Assembly: GCA_000182565.2 (NCBI GenBank)
Contig: KQ257455.1
Strand: one strand, 5' to 3'
Source: Spizellomyces punctatus DAOM BR117
Taxonomy: Eukaryota
DNA length: 64,000 nucleotides
The position numbers and the translations under genes were made by a program. Under the pieces are notes generated by a model. That model did not search any database, had not been told where the DNA came from, and worked only from the letters and a program-made list of their open reading frames with translations. This document shows positions 1-12,300 of this stretch, piece after piece (position 1 is the stretch's first letter; each line of letters starts with the position of its first letter).

Positions 1-1672
1 AGGATGCAACGCTGACCACAGAGTCCTGGCGCTGGCACTAATACTAGGGTGTGTTGTAGAGACAGTTTCCGGCTCTCAAAATATGGCTTCTGCTAGCCTC
101 CTTAACTCCACAACCTCTCATACAGATTCAGCGACGGCCGACTTATGCATCTTCTGGGAAAGTGACAAGTAAAAGTCTCGACAAGAGCGACAAAGACCAA
201 TTGCAGCCGGATACAGGGCAAAGTTACAAAGAGCGGGAACGGTCTAGAAGTATGAATGCTTAATGTGAGGCTCTTCTAAGGGGTGCGGAGGTGGAAAGGA
301 TGGAGTGGATTGTGGAGGATGAGAATAGGAGAGTCAGGGCCCAGGTTGGACATTGAATCCATTTTCATGTATGTGGAGTACCGCTCGTGTTATAGTCATT
401 CAGGTAATAAAAAAATATGTGTAGCTATCTGCCATGTACAACCTACTCCTGAATTTACATTGTTTTTTTTTGGTAAGGATGGAGGTCCAGTCCATTTTCA
501 CAGCTGCAGCCTATTTCGGCCCTGTAGCCGGCCAGAAGAAACCCGAAAATGCTGTTAAGCACCGGGCCAGCAGGTAGGCCCTGTGTGTGGGGAGAGTTGG
601 CCCAAAGCAGGCTCCACATTCTTCTTCAGACCTTGAAAAGCCCTCGTCGAGGGGTTCGTTGGATGCCAGAGAAAACCCTATTTTGAACGAGTGTTCCGGT
701 AAGTCATCACGAAGCCCAATATGCCACCTGCCTGATGCATCCATCTTCTTGTAAATGTTCCCGCTGAGAATCCGTTTCTCTTTTTCATCGCTCCCTTCAC
801 GAAAAGGGAAGGTGGAGAGCCACTCCCTCACTAGCAAGAGCTGGTGAGCCCCTTCCATGGTGTGCCGCGCACACAGATCAAAACGAAGTGAATCTGTAGA
901 CTGCTTGCGCATGTCTACTCCACATTTGTCGCCTGTGTCGGGGTCGAATGCCTCGCACTTACTCCACCCCTTTCGTGGCGAGGTGAATTTGCAGCTAAAG
1001 TCGGGGTTGAGGCCGAGACCGACCCAATATGCCTTCGACTCGGCATTGTTGGGTACCTCCTCAAAGGTGCGTCGTTTCTTTGCGTACATGGTGGAATGAT
1101 TGTATTAACAAAAAATCAATTGTAGATTGCAGCAGCTACTCCTTTTCCATATCGTTTTCAAGATATCTCACAATAATTGCAGTCGTGGTGGTGGGAAGGG
1201 TTCTCCTCATTATTCACATGGTGGTAGCCCACGGTGTGCTTTAGAATACTGCTGTCAGAGGACCTATTCTAAAAAGATGGGCTAAAGAGCGTCAGTGTTA
1301 AACTAGTAACTAGGCTACCGCTCTTGCACTCTGCCTAACCATGCCCATACAATGAATGCATTAGCGTTATTTATCAATGCAGTGCAGGAGTCAATGCAGT
1401 GCAGGAGGAAAAGAAAGTGCTGCCACGCATACCCGTCCTCGCCGCCCTTAGTGGCACGTTCAGATGGTGCCCAAGGCCGGAGTACATGTGTATCAATAGG
1501 AATGCGGATAGAAGGCTGACAAAGTTTGAGCTAGGCAGGGTGAATAAAGGACATTGTGGATATGAGCGCTCACCACGTTCATCAAGTGTTTTCGGCCGGT
1601 ACCGGGTGGTGGGGCACCTTGAGATGCGACCATTAATAATGCTCCGGCACTAGCAATCAGAACTATCTTCAT
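1..1672 (-). pseudogene. Possible decayed multi-exon gene for a secreted protein of unknown family
   Basis: ATG at 1672 opens MKIVLIASAGALLMVASQGA, which looks like a signal peptide. Three candidate GT-AG introns join the following exons in frame. Downstream frames are broken by TGA/TAG stops. The 511-1089 ORF has no recognisable homology. Confidence 0.3.
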
Positions 1673-2021
1673 AGTTCTTGCAGGGTATAAGATGGTGAGG
1701 CATCTGCGGTAATTGTCGTGTTCTGTATGGTTGTCGAGGTCTCACTCTGGGTCTCACTTGAGGATCGTCTGTGCCTGAATACATGGCTTTTGGTGCCAGG
1801 TCGTGCAAAGGAGGCTTAGGCACGCGACAACCTCAACCTGGGTCATGTGTCTGGACTCATCGGAAATGATGCGGAACTCAGCTTACTACTCGTTAAATCA
1901 ACACAAAAAACACATAAAAATATACCAGAAATTTATGAAGAATGAAGTGACAGTGAGCGCCAACTAGATATACACCTAAATGCCAAAGACCACACCAATA
2001 TGTCCCCTAACGTCCACAGGC

Positions 2022-3932
2022 CTATGCACTTTTCCCGACAACCTCATCAATCCACTCACAAACCTTTTCCAGCCTCGCCAAAACACTATGCAGACTCATC
2101 AACTCATAAAGCCTATATGGACTTAGCGGTAAGAAGCCCGCAACCCAGTAACAAAGGTCCGACCAATCCGATGGTGGTTGTCCATGTTGATTTTGGAACG
2201 TTGTTCGAGCTCGTTGAGGAAGTGAGGTTAGTAGATCTTGTGTGAATGACTGTATGCGCTGTGTCAGGATATTGAGTTGTTCTGGCATTGTTCGACGGAG
2301 GGAAAGGGAGATAGACGTGTCATCTTCAGGGAGGATATCCTCGATCCGTTCGATGGTGGCAACATTGTAGCCCGTTGAATCGACACTGCGATCTAGCACC
2401 TGAAACCTATGGATTCCAACAACCTCGATCAGGAGACGTGGGAGGGAACCTTCTGGAGTTTGGGCTAGAGGCTCGCGAGACGGTATGGGTTCCACATGGC
2501 GAATCTCAACAAGAGTGCCGTGGTTGACGTATGGAGCAGATGAAGTTAGGGTAGGATGCCGGTTTGGGAGGCAAATACCAAAGCGCTTATTTGTCGCCAT
2601 GCAACGCTGAATCATCACCCTATAGCGAGGTTCTGAGTCCAATTCGACTATCAGCATCGCAAATCAAAGATCGCTCAAATGAGGTAACCTCCACCTACCA
2701 AAGATATGAAATGCCTGTGCTGCTCCTGGAAAGACTAGTGAGCAGACGAATATAGGAACATCGTCCATGTGTCCAAATTCCTTCAATTTCTTCTCAGCTC
2801 CCGGCGCCCTCGCGTTCCATTCCTCAGGAAACAGGTCCCGAGCCAAACGGTCCAGAATCCGATTAGCTGGGCGACTGAGAAAGTATCCTATTGGCGGAAG
2901 CGGAATGCGACAGAGCGGGCATTGACGGGAATGCTTATCGAGTGAGAACAGAATGCATGTCCGGCAGTATGTGTGCCCGCATGGGCAGGTAACAGGGTCA
3001 TGAAGAAGTGAAAGGCAGAGATTACAGTCGAGGTCATCGGAACTTAAACTGCTGTCCACCGCCGTATAGTCTGAAGAACTAGTATGACGTTGCTCAACCG
3101 AGGGGTCATCTGCGTAGTCTTTTCCATCTGATAAACTCTCTCCTGCTTGTTCGGCGATGCTCTTCCGCCAGATGATCAGCTTTTCTGCGACCATCCCACG
3201 ACAATTCGAAGAATTCATTTGTCGTGCTCGCTGTGCGTCCTCCAAAGCAGCATTGAAGCAAAACATCTCTGAAAGTGCTTCCGCTCGTAACAGGTATGGC
3301 AATTGCAGCGTTGGTACTCGTTCAATTGCCGGCGTAAACGATGTAGTGATGACATTCAAGATCTGACCCCTTTTCTCGAACGCGCGCTGCATAGAGCGCC
3401 GAAGACGACCGGACGGTATCCTGCCATCAACGGATTCGGAGTCGCTTACATTATTGGCAGAATCATGAGAAAGCATTCCCAGTTCATTGTCTTCAACACC
3501 TTCAATCGCCAATTGAACATCGAAACCATCCTTATCTTTTAACAAAGATCGTAGCCGCTCCTCTCCTTTCTTGACGAGCTGGAGAGCTTCAGTCTCGAAC
3601 GGAATGTAAGTGTGGAGTATGTGTAACAGTATAACATCCGGTCGCTCCTGTCGATAAGGGTGCTTCTGTCGACATGGACGTGCGGGGCACACATAGAAAG
3701 TTGTCGTAGGCGAAGGTGGAGAGGATATGTGTGTCGTATTCGGTGTTTCATGGGAGTCGGTGACAGGTTTGGCAGCTTCTTCTTGGCCAGCACGAGATCG
3801 GCCCGTTGAATGCCCGGTATGAGAGCGAAAGCACCGACAACACACGGAATACCCGCAGGGTAACGTCAATGGCTCAAACAACAATTCTCGGCAAGCAGCA
3901 CACCGGAAACGGTCTTTTAAAGCCAGTGACAT
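2022..3932 (-). CDS. LON peptidase N-terminal domain and RING finger protein (LONRF-like E3 ligase), 2 exons
   Basis: Two RING motifs (CAACRELLFEPLTLPCGYSVC; CNLCLSLLHDPVTCPCGHTYC...CPLC) and a TPR-like segment. The LON substrate-binding domain (VPIFVCSLVFP...HIF|EPRYRVMIQRCM) is split by an intron at about 2634-2699. Confidence 0.92.
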
Positions 3933-4613
3933 GACAGGTTGGCAGCAGCCAGGTAGTCTGAGACAATGCCGCTTGCTACAATGTACACAAGAATCAGCAC
4001 GTCAGTAGCAAAACATATAATCCAATCTGCAATGATCCAGGGAGGGGTTCGGTGCAAAGAGTGGGTAGAAGAGACGGTAACGACTGCCAGTAGCACAGGT
4101 GAGCCGAATGAATGCCGCCAATGGGCAAGTTTGCTGGTTGGTCGAACGTGGAGGTTTGGAAGTCAGAAGAATATGTATGCACAGTCTAGATCTTCTACTG
4201 TCAGTTGCCCGCCAGCAGGCATATCAAAAAAAGAGGGAAAACAACAAAGGAAAAACTCGAATGGAAAAGCACGAAACGCTTCAAAGTGCCGATCCAAAAT
4301 CCAAACTGAAGCGGAATAATCATGACCTAGTTTGGCTTAACCCGCGCGTTCCGCTCTGACGGGTCCGATCAAAAGTTAAAAATCCCTGCTGTGGGTTTCA
4401 TCGCAGGAAGCAATAAACAGCGCTGCATAAATACAGAAATTCTTCCGCCAGGGAATGAATTGACATATGTACGTGAATTTATTTACCAGTTGCTAACATG
4501 ATAACAGAGGAGAAAAGTACTACGGTCCACGAAGACTAAATAATAGAAAGAAAAAAGCACCCAATCCCCCATAACGTTACTCTCTTAACAGTCTAACCTG
4601 AAACAATAGCATG

Positions 4614-6161
<1,548 letters not shown>

Positions 6162-7050
6162 TATAGATGGGATTCTTTGCGATAGAAAAGGTGTGAAATA
6201 CTAAAAGCACTCAGAAGATTGCGACAAATGGGTCGAAAGCATCGCGTTCAGTTCAGCGTTCAGTTGGGTAACTGCTCCGGTTATCACGTGAATGTCCATT
6301 ATCCCTTTTTTGGACAAGTCCGGATGTGTCCAGGAGTCAGAGTGGCTGTGCACACAATATAAACTTGCATGACTGTGCATCTTATCTCTACTGCATCAAA
6401 GTCTTGCATTTCCAACGAATGCACACAGAAAGATATCTGATATTGCCATTACGGCTTTTGGGATTCATTTCTGGTAACGCATATAGGGTTTTCTTAATGA
6501 CCACTCTACACAGCTATCCTCACTCCATTTTCATGTTATTTCCTTTCCCAAATTCGAGATTTATTGATATTTGAGCTGGCTGGTAGGTTACAGATGATGT
6601 ACAAGGTCGCATATGCTAAAAAGAACAGGAAGAAGCTACGTCTAAATCTCAAGTTTCGCTGCTTTTGACCTGGACTTTCTCTGTAATGGTATGCGACGTC
6701 GATCATTGCACGACTAGTTAGGCCATACGATATGCAATACGCTTGTACACCCGATACACCAAGCCAATATGATACACATATGTGCGTAAATTTCACTGAT
6801 GCAAACGGCGGGCGTGGCTCAGCGGACGGCTCGCAGCTAAGCCGAAGCCACGAACCCTAATCCCCCGTAGCTATCATCTTGATTACTACCTAGTTATTCA
6901 ACATGGTTATTAAATATAACAATCGGTGCGTTCGCTAGCCGTCCATTGAGAATCCAATAACCAAGTGGTTCAAGCTGAGCCCTGTAAACGAACCATACAC
7001 CACTAGGTAATTACATGATAGCACCACCGCCCAACTAGGATTCAGCAGCT

Positions 7051-7995
7051 ATGAGTGATAACAAAGTCGTAATGAGCGTACACGGCGAGGAGTGGGCAAG
7101 AACATCCACCGACGATAACCCAAGCATACCTAGCGTACCCAGCGATGGTAATTTTGCGGCAACGCCCGATACCATCGATAAAATCATCAATGATGCCGTC
7201 ATTGAGTTCCGACGCAGGCTCGAGGCTGCGTTAAAGAAAGGAAACCTGCCCCTACCGAAAGAAACCCTCAAAGCGGGCAGAGGTACCACACCCGTACCCC
7301 AAGATGACCCTGATGGTCTAGCGCTTAAACGCGATGATCCTATGGAACAACAATTACTGAAAACGCTTTCAAAGAACTTACCGCAGTTCTCCGGTTCGCA
7401 GAACCCCATTGTTTTGCGAAGGTTTATCGGCTCGCATCGAGATTATTTGGACCGAATAAACGCTACAGAAACCCAGAAAGTGGCATTAATCACCCCATAC
7501 TTGCGAGGCAATGCCCGAGAATGGTACCGCGATTTGGAGCAGGGCGATGCCATACCGCCCACCGCGGCCGCATTGTTCGATGCACTGCGTACAAAGTTCG
7601 TTGGCCGAACACAGATAGGCAAACAATTGCGTCAATTGCGCTACAAAGGATCCATTTTGCGATATACTAGAGACTTCTCGCGTCTCCGTTACGCCGCTCG
7701 CCTCGCCAGCGATGATGACCCGATTTTCGAATCAGACTTTGAGAAATATTTCCTCATCGGCTTACGCCAAGGTGCCAAAGGTGGACCAGAGATTGCTAAC
7801 ACGGTAACAACATTGAAATTCCTAAGACCCAAAACAGCAAACACCGCCGATCAGCTGGAACTCGACGCTAAAGAAGCCTTCAATGAACTAGGCTATGTCG
7901 AACCTCGGCAACCATCGCGATCAGCGCGCAGACGGCCAATCGCACGGAAAGGAGTAAGTGGATCAGGCACACGCACGACGGGGTACTCCCGATAA
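7051..7995 (+). mobile_element. Stand-alone Ty3/Gypsy-type retrotransposon Gag (capsid) ORF, 314 aa, no pol
   Basis: Intronless ORF with Retrotrans_gag-type motifs: LPQFSG, YLRGNAREWY, FDALRTKF, MHR-like LRQLRYKGSILRYTRDFSRL and YFLIGL. It ends in a basic tail. No protease, RT or integrase ORF follows. Confidence 0.8.
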
Positions 7996-8300
7996 ATCAG
8001 TTAACATCGAACATGACGTGGATCGTCCAACATCTTCCATGGTGTTTCCTCTACTTTTCTATATATTGTACACTAGCTTTACATGCTTTGAAAATACAAA
8101 AAAAAACAGGCAGACTATTTTCTATGCATTGGCTAATGTTTTCTGCACATATACTCTGTAACATACCCGGCATTATTTGTTAATCTAGTCTAAAAGAAAA
8201 TGGATCAAAGCGGTCGGCCATATCCCATTGATATTTGCGGGTTATACTTGCAGTCTAGGGATCCACGACGATGTTCTAATTGTAAACGCCCCGTGTATTA

Positions 8301-9152
8301 CATAGTGTATTGGCAATAACAAATGTCACAACACAATACACCAGGGAATGAACCGGCGACAACCGGCTCGGAAAACCTAACTAACTACTACTAGGCAATT
8401 ATACACGCAATACGTAACGGTTGGTTTTAACCGGATAATTGCCCACCACCACACACGGTCCCTACTAGGCCTTGATCTGGAACTCTTGATGGCATTGAAG
8501 CCAGACTCTTGCATCCAGGAGCGAATCGACTGGGCAGCGTCACAAGCCAGAGGATGTTCAGTAACAAAGGCTTGGAGACTAAAAACTGCATGTCAGAAGA
8601 TGACCCGATGACAAGAAATGCAAGAAATGCCATCGATACATACCAACCAAGCTCAACTAATGTGGCAGCATAATAGTAGGTTTTGTTATCGGATCCGATT
8701 GGTTGCCACTGGTTCTGATCACGGTTGCTGTCGGGAGGGCGAGGTCCTCGACACCACCACATCGGCGTTCTCATGGTTGACCAAGTCGCGATGAGGTTGT
8801 GTGGGGCGCTATGAGGCTGCAATGTGGGTCGCAATGAGCGTTGTGCAGATGCTTTGAGAGTCGAGGGATAAAGAAACAAGAGGGAAGAAGACGAGGGGGG
8901 GGGGGGTTTATATAGAAAAAAGAGGGGATACATTGAGTCATGGAGCGTCATGCATGTGGCAACTGAAGCAGATGGCCGCAAGGGATAGTAACTGCAGTCA
9001 TTCATGGCTGCATATTGGACCCGTTTTCTCATGATGGAGCATCTCTTGTGCATAGTTCATTTGCCTAAATCGAGGCATCTTACATTTCATTTCATTCGAT
9101 CCAGTGGCTGCATCATCTGCAGACTGACAGTCTTTTTTGCCCACACACTATG
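8301..9152 (-). mobile_element. Non-autonomous TIR element, copy 1 (~850 bp)
   Basis: Left end catagtgtattggcaataacaaatgtcac pairs imperfectly with the reverse complement of the right end (catagtgtgtgggcaaaaaagactgtcag). The interior at about 8337-8775 is closely similar to 25038-25468. Confidence 0.8.
8377..8774 (-). CDS. Candidate 110-aa spliced micro-ORF inside the TIR element (intron 8579-8643)
   Basis: TATA box at about 8907-8915 and CAACC-ATG. The GTATGT...CTGAC...TTTTTAG intron is 65 nt, and the spliced frame is open for 333 nt. Motifs are shared in frame with the copy-3 ORF. Confidence 0.4.
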
Positions 9153-9348
9153 TCCGCACACTACAGCTGCTTGTAAGTCATTCTGTACGGACTTGCATAC
9201 TAGATAATTACATGGGACTATTCTTTGGTAAGCATGAAGATCAACTCAATTTTATTATGCTTACATCGAAGATACAATAGAGAATAAGAATTATTTTACA
9301 GTAATTAGAGTAACAATAGATACAATTCATACATTTTCCATCAGATCC

Positions 9349-12300
9349 TCATCCGTCCACTTCCCTTTGTAATCGCCCTAACTGGGGAACCAATTCCCTT
9401 TCCACATACCCGTTTCCATCCACTTCCACAAGTATCCTCGCAAAGCAGGCCATCTCCTTTGCATTTCCCATCGCGGTGACGGCAGTGCTTCCACCTTTAC
9501 GGGGACTAGAAGAACTTCCGCTTAGGTCCCGTTCGATCATACCTCTGAGGACTTTTACCAACATGGCAAAACGAATTCGAAACGCGTTTAGAAGCTTGAC
9601 TATTTCTCCCTCTCCTTCGTGCGGACTTTGTCCGCTGCTTGCCTGTCCATCGCTCATCCCCGTAATTTTCCGTGCAAATTTCAGCGCGATTTGCAGCATA
9701 CCTTCCACCATACCCATCACGGGCTTTTGTTTGGCTCTCATTAACAATCGCCACTGTATTCGGTCCAGTGTCATGTGGTGTAGCTTGTATACCTCTTCCA
9801 AATCCATTCCGCTTGTTTCTCCCAAACCATTGTCAGTTTCCCGATCAAGGATTCGCTGAAAACCCTCCCAAACCTCTCCAATTCCAATCTCATATCCATA
9901 TCTCAGCAGCCCTCCAACAAATGCACGCGCCTCCCAGTGTAAATGCACGGCAGCTTTTCTATCCCTTTCGCTCCAGGATTTCCATACCGGATCCCGACTG
10001 TCAGGATCTCCCTTCATCCACGATTCGCCAGCACGTCGTGTATCGCGCGCTGGACTGTTTCGCCACCACCACTCACTGACGCAGACCCGATCCAATGCTA
10101 TTCGAACACGTTCGAGGACCAGCATAAATTCAAAAATGCGATCATACTTATGTGCGGTAGATTCGGTCATGACGATATCAAACGGCATTGGTGCCGTATA
10201 TTGAAGCCGGAGAAAAGAGAGGGCGTCCAATGCTACGCAGTTGAATAAGATATTTAGAGTGACGGTACGAAAAATCCTCAATGGGACGAGCGATAATTTA
10301 CCTCCAGCGTTTCTTTCAGTAGCTTTGCCTTCAAAAGACAGCTTGCCGATATCACCATGGACGTCACCATGTAGGTGTTCTGGCACAACACCTTGCAATG
10401 CATCTGATAGCTCTCCAAATCCTGGTGGCCAGTGGCCATCGGTACGTCCGTCCACATCAACACCGCCACCCTCCTCGAACAGGGCTTTTGTCAAGCGCGT
10501 CAAAAATAGGCGGTCGCCCAATAATAGGTATCGTCCGGCGATTCCCAAATGCGTTCGGATGCCTGGGTATAGAGCGTTCATGACGGCTTTTGAGATCAAC
10601 GTACTGAAGGACGAGAGACTCGAATGGAGTGTTCGCATGGTAAGTATGGACAGAGAAGATTCAACTGATATATCGCTTCCCCACGGGACTTCGTTTGGCA
10701 GGTTATTCTCAAGGAATCGCGCAAAAGAGAATGTTCCGGACAAGGCAACCGTCGTCTTGGGAGGATCCTCATTTGTATCCAGCGGCGGAAGGGATTCTTG
10801 CTTCGAAGTCTCTTTCATCGATTCGATAGTAGTTGCTCCAACCGTTCCAATCGCGTTGGCGTGATCCCCAGACGGTACGTCATATTCAGGACCGACTTCG
10901 GTCTCGACCGTCTGTGTCGCCGCTGGCACAGCCGCGACACTATGCTGGGCTTGACCAAATCCAGGAGCAAAGAAGGGCGATAAGGACGAAGGGTCGAGCA
11001 ACGCATTCAGCGATCCCATCTCCGCGAGATTCGGGACGGTATTGTATTTGTATAGCGAGGGAGCGCCCGCGTCATCATTGGATGACAATGTATAATTGCT
11101 GGGATGACTTGGAGGTGGAACGTCTGAGCTTGTGATGGTGTCGAGCGCATTGGGCGACGACTCATTCTCCTGCATCAGTTCAGCAGTGGGCACCGCTTCA
11201 TCCATAATTTCCTCCGGTGACGGAATTGGCGTATCAACCTCGGCGGTAACTGAATGCTCACTTGCAGTCACAAAGCTCTCATCCGGCGCTTCTTGCAATT
11301 CTTTGAGCTCGGTCTCTGCCGACCGTTCTCCATTCTCATGCTTCGCATCCAACTCGACCCTTTCCCCCGCGATTACCCTGGACTCGTACGCGGCATTTAT
11401 AGATTCTTCTACTGTACTCCACCCACGTTCCAAAACTTCTCTCCTTTTGTCACCAAGCATCAATCTTTGTCGCTTCCATTCGAGAAGTTCTTCTTTCTTT
11501 TGTATTTCCCTCATCCTCGCTTCATGTTGTTCAATCATCCTTCTTTTCTCCTCTTCTACCAGTCTAAGTCGCTCATGTTCCTTTTCAACCTCTTGCTCTA
11601 GGTGTTTCTCTGCTTCTGCCTTTGCTTGTTCCGCATGAGCGCGTTTGAGTGCATCGCGCTCAGCAAGAAACTCGTCGATTTCGGATTGCAATGCTCGTTT
11701 CTTCTGTACTTGTTCTTCCTTCGCCTTACGCATCTGCTCAGCTTTTGCATCCAACAGCCGTACTTGCTTTGAAAAGAATCATTGACGTAAATAAATGGGA
11801 ACAATGTCAAGATGAAAGGTAATGCATGGCATCTGCCTAACCTGCTTCTTAGTTTCTTCAATCCGTTCTTCAATCCGTCGTGTTTCGCTATGCGCTGCCT
11901 CAGCTGTCGCCTTCTCTGCTTCCATGATTGTATTGTTCATTTCATGGATACAAAGGTCAATCGCTCGGCAGAATCTGTGCGAAAAGCAATGTCAAAAACA
12001 TGATGGGGTTGCGCATACAAGTGATCATTTAGGACCTGAAAGCCTCATCCTCTTGCCAAATCCATCGCAAGCGTCCATCCTGCCTGAGTAGTGCACGAAG
12101 AGTTTTCCCCTCGTCCTGTAACCTGACCAGCGGGTGATCTCGCTGATACAACCGCAGCAACCTCAAATACTTTCCCGCGTGTAGTATCTCCTGCGCCAGT
12201 GACAGGGGGATGAAGGAGGGCGCTGGCGAAGCCTGGTTCATCTGCCATCCTGCTCGCCAGAACGCCTCACCACCACTCTGCTCTGGAATGTCCTTGTATT

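Noticed and set aside
6430-6800. Short ORFs upstream of gag as a pol or transposase remnant
   Set aside because: No RT, integrase, protease or DDE motifs were recognised.
8427-9053. 208-aa unspliced ORF in the ORF track
   Set aside because: It reads through the TATA/poly-C region and the predicted intron, and the full ORF is not preserved in the other copies.
8301-9152. Repeat copy 1 as the 3' LTR of the adjacent gag element
   Set aside because: Its promoter is on the opposite strand, there is no matching 5' copy or polypurine tract, and it has its own TIRs.
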